Below are positions 1 to 10,600 of a DNA stretch of 57,372 bases, piece by piece. The notes below the pieces were generated by a model. The model worked only from the letters and a program-made list of their open reading frames with translations. It made no database searches and was not told the origin of the DNA. The translations under genes and the position numbers were made by a program. The stretch comes from a bacterium (lineage in GTDB: Bacteria > Patescibacteriota > Minisyncoccia > Minisyncoccales > GWA2-46-15). Location of the stretch: positions 1 through 57,372 of the forward strand of contig JAUYAM010000003.1 of assembly GCA_030693425.1 (NCBI GenBank), written 5' to 3'. How positions within the stretch are numbered: position 1 is the first letter of the stretch; every line of letters starts with the position of its first letter.

Positions 1-266
1 CGAGGAGCGAATAATTAAGTAATTGTCCTCCTCCGCTAAAGCTACGGAAGGACATCCTTCGCTGCCTGTTTGGTAAAACCTTTCAGGGCAAATAGAGGAT
101 GGCCTGCCATCCGTAGCTCCAAGCGAAGCGAGGAGCGAATAATTAAGTAATTGTCCTCCTCCGCTAAAGCTACGGAAGGACATCCTTCGCTGCCTGTTTG
201 GTAAAACCTTTCAGGGCAAATAGAGGATGGCCTGCCATCCGTAGCTCCAAGCGAAGCGAGGAGCGA
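1..266. repeat. Perfect tandem repeat with a 128-bp unit (1-128 = 129-256). A third unit starts at 257 and diverges after about 10 nt into the rpsR start.
   Basis: Read directly. The unit 'cgaggagcgaataattaagtaattgtcctcc...ccgtagctccaagcgaag' recurs with period 128 and no mismatch seen. The window starts exactly on a unit boundary. The unit contains nested inverted repeats (agctacgga/tccgtagct, ggatggc/gccatcc, gaagga/tccttc). Confidence 0.9.
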
Positions 267-269
267 AGG

Positions 270-467
270 ATGGATTGTTTTTTCTGCCAAAAAGGCATAG
301 ACAATATTGATTTTAAAGACCTTGAGATTTTGAGGAAGTTCACTTCGGGCTTGGCCAAAATCAGGGCAAAAAAAAGAACCGGCGTTTGCGCCGGCCATCA
401 GAGAAAGTTGGCCCGGGCGATCAAGAGAGCCAGGTTTTTGGGATTGCTCCCCTACATTACAAGGTAG
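270..467 (+). CDS. rpsR: 30S ribosomal protein S18
   Basis: 65-aa ORF from ATG 270, with GAGGAG at 258-263 as a Shine-Dalgarno sequence. The translation MDCFFCQKGIDNIDFKD...HQRKLARAIKRARFLGLLPY has the conserved S18 core. The longer track ORF from 198 reads through the tandem repeat and is not favoured. Confidence 0.93.
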   Translation: MDCFFCQKGIDNIDFKDLEILRKFTSGLAKIRAKKRTGVCAGHQRKLARAIKRARFLGLLPYITR

Positions 468-471
468 GCTT

Positions 472-1506
472 TTATTCTTTGGCTTTATCCTGCTCCTGCT
501 TTTCAAACAGGGCTTTTTTTATCGCCTCAGCCGTTTTTGGATTGTCTTTGAGAAACTTCTTGGCCGCTTCGGTTCCCTGACCAAGTCTGGTTTCGCCAAA
601 ATCCAGCCAGCTGCCGGACTTTTTAACCACTTCCTGTTTTATTCCCAAGTTCAAAAGATCGGTCAAGTAAGAAATGCCTTCGTTATAGTAAATGTCAAAC
701 TCAGCCATCCTGAAAGGAGCTGCCACTTTGTTCTTGACCACTTTGGCTCTGATTCTTGAACCAATAATCTCGTCTCCGTGCTTTATCTGGGCAATTCTCC
801 TAAGATCAATTCTGACAGAAGCGTAGAACTTTAAGGCCAATCCTCCTGAAGTTGTCTCGGGGTTGCCGAACATAATGCCGATTTTCATCCTCAGCTGGTT
901 AAGGAAAATGACGATCGTCTTGGTTTTGGAAATGACTCCGGAAAGCTTTTGCAGGGCCGAAGACATTAATCTCGCCTGCAAGCCAATCTGAAATTCTCCC
1001 ATTTCCCCTTCAATGGCTGCCTTGGGAGCCAAAGCTGCTACCGAATCGATAACAATGACGTCAACTTCGCCTGACCTGACCAAGGTTTCAACGATCTGAA
1101 GACCTTGCTCGCCTGAGTCTGGCTGGGAAATGAGCAGGTCGTCAGTATTGACGCCGAGCCTTTTGGCGTAATCGGGATCTAAGGCGTGTTCGGCGTCGAT
1201 AAAAGCAGCCACGCCTCCGGCTTTCTGGGCCTCGGCGCAGATGTGCAGAGCTAAAGTTGATTTTCCCGAACTTTCTGGGCCGAAGATCTCAATCACCCTG
1301 CCCCTGGGAACTCCGCCAACCCCAAGAGCTAAATCCAAAGAAGGCGAGCCCGTCGGAATAACGTCAACGTCAACCGCCCTGATATCATGGAGCTTCATGA
1401 TGGCGCCCTCGCCGAACCTCTGTTTGATTTCTTCAACCGCCTCCATTAAGCCCGTTTTTTCCTGTTTTTCTTCTTTTTCTTCTTTTTTTCGCTTAACCAT
1501 ATTCAA
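472..1506 (-). CDS. recA: Recombinase RecA
   Basis: Walker [10 protein letters not shown], plus [19 protein letters not shown] and the L2-like region [20 protein letters not shown]. Convergent with rpsR; only 4 nt separate the two ORF ends. Confidence 0.97.
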   Translation of the reverse strand: MNMVKRKKEEKEEKQEKTGLMEAVEEIKQRFGEGAIMKLHDIRAVDVDVIPTGSPSLDLALGVGGVPRGRVIEIFGPESSGKSTLALHICAEAQKAGGVAAFIDAEHALDPDYAKRLGVNTDDLLISQPDSGEQGLQIVETLVRSGEVDVIVIDSVAALAPKAAIEGEMGEFQIGLQARLMSSALQKLSGVISKTKTIVIFLNQLRMKIGIMFGNPETTSGGLALKFYASVRIDLRRIAQIKHGDEIIGSRIRAKVVKNKVAAPFRMAEFDIYYNEGISYLTDLLNLGIKQEVVKKSGSWLDFGETRLGQGTEAAKKFLKDNPKTAEAIKKALFEKQEQDKAKE

Positions 1507-1603
1507 TAATAGAATAATGAAACTTTTGTATATTGTATCCTGTATTTAATATCTTGTATACGACGTCATACTAAATACTATATACAAAATACTAGATACT
1601 CGT

Positions 1604-3868
1604 TTAGACTTTCTCCCAGTCGCCGTCTCCATTATCGGAATCTTCTTTGTCTTCTGATTTTACCTTAATCTCAATATTCTGGCCCGGCGTTTCTCCGGTA
1701 AGGTAGACTTCTCTGGGCTTGGCCCCGTCAGCCGGGCCGACGACTCCTCTGTCCTCCAAGATATCCAAAAGCCGGGCCGCTCTGGCATAGCCGACTCTCA
1801 ATCTTCTCTGAAGCAGGGAGGCTGAAGCTTTCCTAAACTCGATCACCAGTTGTTTTGCCTGCAAATACAAGGGGTCTTCGTCGCTGGCGTAAAACTTTTC
1901 GCTTCCCGGCGGATGAATTTCCAGTTCTTTTTCCAACTCTTCGGCCAAAAAGTTTTCTTTCAGTGGCCCGAATTCTTCTCTTTGCGACTTTAAGAAATCA
2001 GTCACCTTTTTAACTTCCTTGTCGGTGACGTAAGCTCCCTGGATTCTCCTGGGCCTGGCCGTTTCCGAAGAGATGAAAAGCATATCGCCTGCTCCGAGAA
2101 GCTTTTCGGCTCCGGCCGAATCCATAACCGTTCTGGAATCGACTTGAGAAGCGACCTGAAAAGTGATTCTCGAAGTGATGTTCGCCTTGATTAATCCTGT
2201 GACCACCTCAACCGACGGCCTTTGGGTGGCGACGACCAAATGAATGCCCACGGCTCTCGCCATCTGGGCCAAACGAACAATGCCGCCCTCAATCTCTTTG
2301 CCTCTGGCAGCCATCAGATCGGCCAGTTCGTCAACGATGATGACGATGTAAGGAATTGCCTCTAAATCCTCCTCCTGGCCCTTAACAGCCGCTTTTGACA
2401 GCCTGAAATTGGCTTCCCGGTTGTAGGAGGCGATGTCCCTGGCCTTGGCCGAAGCCAAAACCTCAAAACGCCTTTCCATTTCCTTGACCAGCCACTTGAA
2501 AACATTGACGGTTTTTTGGCTGTCGAAAATGACTGGCGACAAAAGATGGGGGATTTCCTGGTAGACCGGGAATTCCACCCTTTTGGGATCAATCATGATC
2601 AATCTCAAGGTTTCCGGCGAGTTCCGGTAGAGCAGGCTCAAAACAATGCTGTTCAAACAAATTGTTTTGCCAGTGCCCGTGGAGCCGGCTATCAACAAGT
2701 GCGGCATTCTTGCCAAGTCGGCGAAACAGGGATTGCCGGCAACGTCCCTGCCAAGACTGAAAAGAAGCGGGGAAGGCGAGCCTTGGAACTCCGGAGTCTC
2801 GAAAATATTCCTCAACCTGACTTGAGTCCTGACTTTGTTAGGTACCTCAATTCCAACCAGAGATTTGCCGGGAATCGGCGCCTCAATCCTAATCGGGTGA
2901 GTCGCCAAAGCCAGAGACAGATCGTTGCTCAAAGCGGTAATCTTGGAAAGTTTTATGCCCTCGGCCGGCTTTAAGGTGTACCGGGTGACGGTCGGACCAA
3001 TATTGACTTCGCCCATCTCCACCGGAATGCTAAAGGTTTCCAGGGTATTTTTGATAATGGCCATGTTGTTCCTGATATCCCCGGTCGTCGGCTCGCCGCG
3101 ATCAACTTCCAAAAAGTCTAAGGAAGGTTTTTTGTAAACGGAAGATTTGACTCCCTGAAAGATCGGTTTTGTTTTGAGCTCGGGCGGCAAAGCGAGCTCC
3201 TTGCCAGTATTTCTAGTGGACCGGGAATCTTTGATTTCCTTTATTTTGAACCTGGGCTCAAAGATCTTTTTTAAAACCGGGGGCTGCTCGGCCAATTCTT
3301 CGGCTGTCTGGGGTTTTATCTTTTTAGCCACCTGCCAGAAAATGAAGAAGCCGAAAATGATCAGGCTTCCGAAAACAACGAGATTCACCCAAAAACCGAA
3401 AATTCTCAAAAAGGGTAGGCTAAGAAAATAGCCGACTAATCCCCCAAGAGCTTTTTGCTTTAAAGAGAAACTGACGCCGTCAAACGAATTCAAAACCGCG
3501 CTCAAGCCGACCAGGCAGGAAAAAAAAGCCAAGACAGTCATTTTCCAGATTTTCTGATGGTTTCGTCCGCCGGCGAAAAAAACGACTCCGGCCAAAACTA
3601 AAAACACCGGCAGGACAAAAGCGCTCCTGCCGAGCAGAAACAACAGGGCTTCTAAAATGCCTTGGCCGCCCTTGCCGGCTAATTCAAAAAAAGAAAGCAG
3701 GACTATTGCCGCCAGCAAAAGAAAGACCAAGCCAAAAATGTAACCTTGAACAAAAGGCGGCAGAAAATGACGGTCTTCTGCCTTTTTCTTCTTGGTAAAA
3801 GAGTTTTTCCGACTATGATTCCTCTTTTTAGCCACGAGACTTCGTTTAAAATTTAGATCGCAACCCAA
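1604..3868 (-). CDS. ftsK: DNA translocase FtsK/SpoIIIE
   Basis: N-terminal TM helices, Walker A GSTGTGKT, Walker B IVIIVDELADLM, and a C-terminal gamma winged-helix LLQRRLRVGYARAARLLDILEDRGVVG. Confidence 0.95.
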   Translation of the reverse strand: MGCDLNFKRSLVAKKRNHSRKNSFTKKKKAEDRHFLPPFVQGYIFGLVFLLLAAIVLLSFFELAGKGGQGILEALLFLLGRSAFVLPVFLVLAGVVFFAGGRNHQKIWKMTVLAFFSCLVGLSAVLNSFDGVSFSLKQKALGGLVGYFLSLPFLRIFGFWVNLVVFGSLIIFGFFIFWQVAKKIKPQTAEELAEQPPVLKKIFEPRFKIKEIKDSRSTRNTGKELALPPELKTKPIFQGVKSSVYKKPSLDFLEVDRGEPTTGDIRNNMAIIKNTLETFSIPVEMGEVNIGPTVTRYTLKPAEGIKLSKITALSNDLSLALATHPIRIEAPIPGKSLVGIEVPNKVRTQVRLRNIFETPEFQGSPSPLLFSLGRDVAGNPCFADLARMPHLLIAGSTGTGKTICLNSIVLSLLYRNSPETLRLIMIDPKRVEFPVYQEIPHLLSPVIFDSQKTVNVFKWLVKEMERRFEVLASAKARDIASYNREANFRLSKAAVKGQEEDLEAIPYIVIIVDELADLMAARGKEIEGGIVRLAQMARAVGIHLVVATQRPSVEVVTGLIKANITSRITFQVASQVDSRTVMDSAGAEKLLGAGDMLFISSETARPRRIQGAYVTDKEVKKVTDFLKSQREEFGPLKENFLAEELEKELEIHPPGSEKFYASDEDPLYLQAKQLVIEFRKASASLLQRRLRVGYARAARLLDILEDRGVVGPADGAKPREVYLTGETPGQNIEIKVKSEDKEDSDNGDGDWEKV

Positions 3869-3915
3869 AAACCCCTAATGATACATTATACCGCCTGAAA
3901 GCAGAATTTTCCAGG

Positions 3916-6900
3916 TTATTTCTTGTATCCGGTTCCGGCCGGAATTAATTTTCCGATGATGACATTTTCTTTCAATCCCTCAAGGCAATCTTCTTTGCCT
4001 TCAATAGCGGCCCGAATCAGAACTCTCGAAGTCTCGATGAAAGAAGCGGCCGACAGGAAACTGTCGGTGGCCAAAGCCACTTTGGAAATCCCGAGCAAAA
4101 CCGGCAAAGAAACCGCCGGCTTCTTGCCTTCTTTCTTCAGTCTCTTGTTCTCTCCAGAGAATTTGGTCTTGCTGACAATCTCTCCCTGGATAAAATCGCT
4201 GTCTCCGGAATCCTTGATTTTCAGTCTTGAAAACATCTGCCTGACGACGACTTCCAAGTGTTTGTCGTGAATAGCCGCTCCCTGGGAAGCATAAATCCGC
4301 TGAACTTCTCTAATAATATGGTTCTGGGTCTGGTCCTGGCCGACAATCTTGAAAAGCTCTTTTAAGTCGAGGTTGCCCTCGCACAAAGGCTGTCCGGGCA
4401 AGACTTTATCCCCGACTTTGACCAGAATGCCCCTGCCTTTAGGAATCTGGTACTCCAGAGTTTCCTGCTTCTTGGCTTTTGCCTTCTTTAAATCGTCTCC
4501 TTCCGGTTTAACCGTAATTATCATTTGGTCAACAATATCGGTGACGCTCCCCGACGCCTGAGAAATAACTCCTTTGCCGACAGGCACTCTGGTCTCGAAG
4601 ATCTCTTCGACTCTGGGCAAGCCCATGGTGATGTCTCCGCCCGAAGCCACTCCGCCCATATGGAATGTTTTCATTGTCAACTGAGTTCCCGGCTCTCCAA
4701 TTGCCTGGGCCGCCACCACCCCGACCGCTTCTCCGATCTCAACCATTTTTCCCTTGCCAAAATCCCAACCATAGCATTTGCGGCAAACTCCCTTTAAAAG
4801 CTTGCAGCTCAAAGGCGACCTGGCTCTTACCTGGTCAATTCCGACTCTGACGATTTCCTTGCCCTTTTCCCAGTCGATTATCTCCCCTTTTTTGACCATA
4901 CTGCCGATATCTTCTAAAGCGACTCTGCCGATAATTTTCATCAAAAAGTTCTGGCTAATTTCATCTGCTTCTCTGCGCAAAAGCAAAATTCCGTTGTCGT
5001 CGCCGCAATCGTCGTCTTTGACAATAACCTCGTGATTGACGTCAACCAGACGGCGAGTCAGATAACCTGCGGTCGAGGTTCTCAAAGCCGTGTCAGCCGT
5101 GCCTTTCCTGGCTCCGTGAGTCGAAAGGAAGTATTCCAGAACGTCAAAACCCTCCTTGTAAGAGTGCTTGATCGGCAGCTCAATAATCCGGCCGACCGGG
5201 TTGATAACCAAGCCTTTCATCCCTGCCATCTGGACCGGCTGGGCCCACGAACCCCTGGCGCCGGAGTCAATAATGGTAAAAACCGAACCTTGATCCGGCA
5301 AAGCTTTTGGCACCAGTTTTTCAATTTCCGACTTGGCTCTTTGCCAAACTTCGATCGACCTCTGGTATTTCTCCTCGCGGGACAAAAAGCCTTTCTGATA
5401 ATGGCTGTCTAAAGCGGCGATCTCTTTTTCTGCCGCCTCAATCAATTTCGGCTTTTCTGCGGGCACCTTCAAATCGTCCATGCCCCAGCTGATGCCAGAC
5501 CTGGTCGCCCCGTCAAAACCGGTCGTCTTGATCTTGTCTAAGATTGGCTGAGTTTTGCTAATGCCGTATTTTTCGATAACTTCTCTGATCAGTTCCTCTA
5601 ATCTCTTTGAATTCATCTCCTGGTTTTGGAAAGGGAAATCCTCGGGCAGAGCCTGGTTAAAAATCAGCCTGCCGGCAGAAGTCTCGATAAAATCGGCGGC
5701 GTTTTTACGGTCTCCTTTTGCCGGTTTTTTGTCGCCCTTGACTAAAAGCGAGGGAACTTTGATTTGAGCCTGTAAATCCAGTTCTCCAAATTCATGAGCC
5801 AAGAGAGCTTCATCAGGAGATCCAAAGATTTTGCCTTCTCCTTTTGCGCCTGCTCTTAATTTGGTGAACCAGTAGCATCCCAAGACAATGTCCTGAGTCG
5901 GACTGACAATCGGCAGTCCGGTGGCCGGCTTCAGTAAATTGAGAGAGGAAAGCATAATCTCTCTGGCTTCCTTCTGGGCTTCTTCGGAAAGAGGCAGGTG
6001 GACCGCCATCTGGTCGCCGTCAAAATCGGCATTAAAGGCCCTGCAGACCAAAGGATGAATTCGAATGGCCTCGCCTTCGATGAGAATCGGGTAAAAGGCC
6101 TGGATTCCCAGACGGTGCAGAGTCGGCGCCCGGTTGAGCAACACTAGTTTGTCTTTGACCACTTCCTCGAGAATCGCCCAGATATCGTCGGTTTCCTGAT
6201 CAATTAATCTCGATGCTCCCCGGACGTTATAGGCAAGCTCTTTGTCGAGAACTTTTTTAATGACAAAAGGCTTGAAAAGCTCCAAAGCCATTTTCTTGGG
6301 CAATCCGACTTGATGGAGCAAAAGTTCCGGCCCGACAACAATGACCGACCGTCCCGAATAGTCAACTCTTTTGCCCAAAAGATTCTGCCTGAACCTGCCT
6401 TGTTTTCCTTTTAAAATGTCTGCCAAAGACTTCAAAAGCCTTCTGCCGCCGGTGGTCGCCTGGGTCATCGTCCCTTTTCTCATGCCGTTGTCAATCAGGG
6501 CGTCAACTGCTTCTTGAAGCATTCTTTTTTCGTTTCTGACAATCACTTCCGGAGCCCCGATTTCTAAAAGATACTTCAGGCGGTTATTTCTGTTGATAAC
6601 TCTCCGGTAAAGATCGTTAAGGTCTGACGAAGCGTACCGGCCGCCGTCGAGCTGGACCATCGGCCTTAAATCCGGGGGCAAAACAGGCAGGACGGTCAAA
6701 AACATCCATTCTGGCCTGATATGGGCTTTTTCCATCCCCTGCAAAAGCTTTATTCTTTTTAAGACCTTCCTTTTGTTCAAAGGCGAAGCTGTTTCTAACT
6801 CCTGGCGGAGCCGGCTGACCTGCTTTTTCAAATCAACTCCGCCAAAAATCTTTCTCAAAGATTCAGCTCCCGACCCCGCTTCAAAACAGTGTCCGTATTT

Positions 6901-7614
6901 CAGGGACAAGTCGAAATAGTCGATCTCGGAAATAATTTTCAACACTTTCAGGTTTGAAACTTCGTCCCTGGCTGCGTCCCTGGCTCGTTTTAAATCATGT
7001 TCTGCTCCTTTTTTTTCTTTCGCTAAAACCTTTTCGGCGTCTCTCTTGTCTTTGTCCTGTTTTTTACCTTTGGCGCTTTCGGCTTTTGCCTGCCCGCCCG
7101 AATCCGCCGACTGGCGGAGTAGGCGGGACTTTTGAATTTTGAGTTTGCTCTGGTATTCCTTGTCGATTTGCTCCAAGATCTTTTTCTTGGTTTCCTCGTC
7201 AACTTTGGTAATAATGTAAGCGTTGAAATAAATGACTTTTTCCAACTGGGACATCGGCAAATCCAAAACCTGCCCCATTCTTGAGGGAACGCCTCTTAAA
7301 AACCAGATGTGGGAAACGGGAGAGGCCAGCTTGATATGGCCCATCCTTTCCCTTCGAACCTGGGCTTTGGTGACCTCGACTCCGCATTTGTCGCAAACAA
7401 TGCCTTTGTGGCGGATGCCCCGGTATTTGCCGCAGTAGCATTCATAGTCTTTTTCCGGCCCGAAGATCTTTTCGTCAAACAAGCCTTCTTTCTCGGGTTT
7501 TTGGGTGCGGTAGTTGATCGTCTCGGGCTTAGTCACTTCGCCGTGGCTCCAAGCCAAAATCTCCTCGGGCGAGGCGAGCTTGATGCGGATAGCTTGTAAA
7601 TCGGCGACTCTCAT
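3916..7614 (-). CDS. rpoC: DNA-directed RNA polymerase subunit beta'
   Basis: 1232 aa. Zn-finger CYCGKYRGIRHKGIVCDKCGVEV, catalytic NADFDGDQMAVH, and a conserved C-terminal GKLIPAGTG. Confidence 0.98.
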   Translation of the reverse strand: MRVADLQAIRIKLASPEEILAWSHGEVTKPETINYRTQKPEKEGLFDEKIFGPEKDYECYCGKYRGIRHKGIVCDKCGVEVTKAQVRRERMGHIKLASPVSHIWFLRGVPSRMGQVLDLPMSQLEKVIYFNAYIITKVDEETKKKILEQIDKEYQSKLKIQKSRLLRQSADSGGQAKAESAKGKKQDKDKRDAEKVLAKEKKGAEHDLKRARDAARDEVSNLKVLKIISEIDYFDLSLKYGHCFEAGSGAESLRKIFGGVDLKKQVSRLRQELETASPLNKRKVLKRIKLLQGMEKAHIRPEWMFLTVLPVLPPDLRPMVQLDGGRYASSDLNDLYRRVINRNNRLKYLLEIGAPEVIVRNEKRMLQEAVDALIDNGMRKGTMTQATTGGRRLLKSLADILKGKQGRFRQNLLGKRVDYSGRSVIVVGPELLLHQVGLPKKMALELFKPFVIKKVLDKELAYNVRGASRLIDQETDDIWAILEEVVKDKLVLLNRAPTLHRLGIQAFYPILIEGEAIRIHPLVCRAFNADFDGDQMAVHLPLSEEAQKEAREIMLSSLNLLKPATGLPIVSPTQDIVLGCYWFTKLRAGAKGEGKIFGSPDEALLAHEFGELDLQAQIKVPSLLVKGDKKPAKGDRKNAADFIETSAGRLIFNQALPEDFPFQNQEMNSKRLEELIREVIEKYGISKTQPILDKIKTTGFDGATRSGISWGMDDLKVPAEKPKLIEAAEKEIAALDSHYQKGFLSREEKYQRSIEVWQRAKSEIEKLVPKALPDQGSVFTIIDSGARGSWAQPVQMAGMKGLVINPVGRIIELPIKHSYKEGFDVLEYFLSTHGARKGTADTALRTSTAGYLTRRLVDVNHEVIVKDDDCGDDNGILLLRREADEISQNFLMKIIGRVALEDIGSMVKKGEIIDWEKGKEIVRVGIDQVRARSPLSCKLLKGVCRKCYGWDFGKGKMVEIGEAVGVVAAQAIGEPGTQLTMKTFHMGGVASGGDITMGLPRVEEIFETRVPVGKGVISQASGSVTDIVDQMIITVKPEGDDLKKAKAKKQETLEYQIPKGRGILVKVGDKVLPGQPLCEGNLDLKELFKIVGQDQTQNHIIREVQRIYASQGAAIHDKHLEVVVRQMFSRLKIKDSGDSDFIQGEIVSKTKFSGENKRLKKEGKKPAVSLPVLLGISKVALATDSFLSAASFIETSRVLIRAAIEGKEDCLEGLKENVIIGKLIPAGTGYKK

Positions 7615-7624
7615 TTGTTTAGGG

Positions 7625-7684
7625 TCTAGCGTCTAGTTGTTTAGCGTCTAGTCAACTTACTAGACGCTAGCCGCTAGACGCTAA
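7625..7684. repeat. Nested inverted repeat built from four copies of the 10-mer TAGCGTCTAG (two direct, two inverted) in the rpoB-rpoC spacer
   Basis: Inner stem 7642-7652 / 7659-7669 (tagcgtctagt / actagacgcta). Outer stem 7627-7636 / 7674-7683. Read directly. Confidence 0.85.
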
Positions 7685-7688
7685 TAAA

Positions 7689-10600
7689 CTAGTTATCTTC
7701 TTGCTTCTCTTCCCTTATTTTCTCTTTTACTTCCACTGCCAAGCCTAAAGATTTCAGTTCTGCCACCAGCAGGTTAAAGGAAGCCGGAATATTCGGATGC
7801 CTGATCTGTTCTCCTTTAAGAATCGATTCATAGGCGGCAGCCCGGCCCGAAACATCGTCTGATTTGATAGTTAAAATTTCCTGCAAGGTGTGGGAAGCGC
7901 CGTAGCCTTCAAGGGCCCAGACTTCCATTTCTCCGAATCTTTGGCCGCCAAACTGGGATTTTCCTCCCAGCGGCTGCTGGGTAATCAAAGAATAGGGTCC
8001 GATTGACCTCATGTGGATCTTATCCTCGACCATGTGGATCAGCTGCATCATGTAGATGTAGCCGACGGTGGCTTTTCCAAGAAAACCTTCTCCGGTCCGG
8101 CCGTCAAAAACCTTTAATTTCCCGTCTTCCGGAAACCCGGCCTCTTTTAGCTCCTTTTTGATGTCTTCTTCGTTGGCTCCCAAAAGAGCCGGGGAAACCG
8201 CCCGGTACCCTAAAGTTTTGGCCGCCAGCCCTAAATGAGTTTCCAAGATTTGGCCAAGGTTCATTCTCGAAGCAACGCTCAAAGGATTCAAAACAATATC
8301 AACCGGGGTGCCGTCTTCTAAGAAAGGCATTTCTTCCTCTGGCAGAACGAAAGAAACCACGCCTTTGTTGCCGTGGCGCCCTGCCAATTTGTCGCCGGCC
8401 TGGATCTTGCGGAATTCCGCCACCTCGACCTGAATCCTTTTAATGATCCCCGGTTCCAGCTGAGCTCCTTTTTCCCTTTCCCAGACTTTGACGTCGACAA
8501 CCCTTCCTCTTTTCCCGTATTCCAGCAAGAGCGAGGTGTCTTTGACTTCCCTGGCCCGCTCTCCGAAAATGGCTCTTAAAAGCCTTTCTTCCGGAGTCAG
8601 ATCGGTTTCGCCCTTGGGCGAGATTTTGCCGACCAGGATATCATGGGAGCCGACCTCGGCCCCGATCCTGATTACTCCTTCCGAGTCAAGGTCTTTTAAT
8701 TTATCCTCGCTGACGTTGGGAATGTCTGAAGTGGTGATTTCGGGACCCAATTTTGTTTCCCTGACGTCGCAGAAGAAATCCTCAAGATGGATTGAAGAAA
8801 AAACGACGTCTTTGACCAACCTTTCAGAAATAATGATGGCGTCCTCGTAATTCCCGCCTCTCAAGGACAGAAAGGAAACCAAAACGTTTCTGCCCAAAGC
8901 CAGCCAGCCGTCTTCAATGGCGGCTCCGTCGGTCAAAACCTGGCCTTTCTTGACGTGCTCGCCCTTTTTGACAATCGGCCTCTGGTGGAAACAGGTATAC
9001 TGGTTAGTCCTGACAAAAGTTCTTAAAAAGTAATCCGTATGGACGCGAGTCTTTTGGTTCTGGATCCTGATATGCCGGGCGTCCGCCTCGGTAACAACGC
9101 CGTCGTCTTTGGCCAAAAGAACCTGGCCGGAATCTTCAGCTACTCTCGGTTCGACTCCGGTGCAGACCAAAGGAGCTTCGGGATTCAGCAAAGGCACTGC
9201 CTGCCTCTGCATATTGGAACCCATTAGAGCTCTGTTGGCATCGTCATTCTGCAGAAAGGGAATCAGGGCCGTGGCCGCCGAAACCGTCTGCTTTGAAGAA
9301 ACGTCCATGAAATCGATCATGCTTTTATCAATCTCTCCAGGCTCGCCTTTGATCCTGGCAGCCACCTTTTCTGGAATAATCTGGCTGTCTTTGCCAACCG
9401 GAACGCCGGCATGAGCAATATTGTACCTTTCCTCTTCGTAAGCGTTTAGGTAATGGATCTCGGAAGTGACTTTTCCCTTCTCCACTTTGAAATAAGGAGT
9501 TTCTAAAAAGCCCAGGGAATTGATTCTGGCAAAACAGGCCAGGTGAGAGATCAGGCCGACGTTCTGTCCTTCAGGAGTCTGAATCGGACAGATTCTGCCG
9601 TAGTGCGACGGCTGAACGTCCCTGACCTCCAGCCCCGCCCTTTCCCTGGTCAATCCCCCGGGGCCGGTAGCAGCCAAACGTCTTTTGTGCTCCAGTTCGG
9701 CCAAGGGATTTTCATTGTCCATAAACTGACAAAGCTGGCTCGAAGTGAAGAATTCTTTGATGACGGCCATTAGGGGCCTGGGATTAATTACCTGGGACGG
9801 CGCCATCATTCCCTCTTCAAGAGTCGACATTCTGTCTTTGATAATCCTTTCCATTCTTAATAAACCGACTCTCATTCTATTCTGAAGAACCTCTGCCGAA
9901 GTCCTGACTCTTCTGTTTCCCAAATGATCAATCGGATCGGCCAGGGCTCCGGGAGTGTTGTTGAGGCGAATCACCTCGTGGACGACTCCGACAATATCTT
10001 CCGGTTTCAAAACTCTTTCTTTGACGGTGATTTCCTCTCCGTCACTGATTTGCGCGGATTTTAGATTGATTTTCACAGATTCACGGATCAGTGAATCCGT
10101 GGTTATCCGTCTTTTATCCGTGCCCATCGGTCGGAGTAGCCTTTGGTTCATTCTCCATCGGCCAACTCTGGACAAATCGTATCTTTCAAAATTGAAGAAC
10201 ATGTTCTCGATCAGTTCCCTGGCGGTGTCGGGCGTCACCAAATCCCCCGGCCTCAATCTCTGGTATATTTCCACCAAGGCTTCGGCCTGGTTGTGACTGG
10301 AGTCTTTTTTGATGGTTTCTTCAACATAGTTAAGATCAGGGTCATTGTTGACGTCTTGAAAAAGCTCTTTGATGGCCTGGTCTTTATCGATGCCGAAAGC
10401 CCTTAACAAAGCGGTCACCGCCACCTTTCTCTTCCTGTCAATTTTCATTCCCATAAAGCCCGAAGCGTCTGTCTCTATTTCCAGCCAGGCGCCCCGGTTG
10501 GGGATGATTTTGGCGCCGAAATACTGCCGACCGCCAATCTGCTGGCTGGTGAAAAAAACTCCCGGAGAGCGGATGAGCTGGGCGATGGCCACCCTTTCGA

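Noticed and set aside
1-128. tRNA-like cloverleaf in the 128-bp repeat unit
   Set aside because: The closing stem plus three hairpins is superficially cloverleaf-like. But the arm lengths and loops (2-4 nt) are wrong, there is no GTTCRANYC T-loop, and there is no anticodon-loop geometry.
42-506. 154-aa minus-strand ORF, nested 62-aa ORF (170-358) and the 198-269 N-terminal extension of the rpsR ORF
   Set aside because: They read through the perfect 128-bp tandem repeat, so they encode duplicated peptide segments. They overlap rpsR and have no recognisable protein features. The S18 homology begins at the ATG at 270, which has its own GAGGAG.
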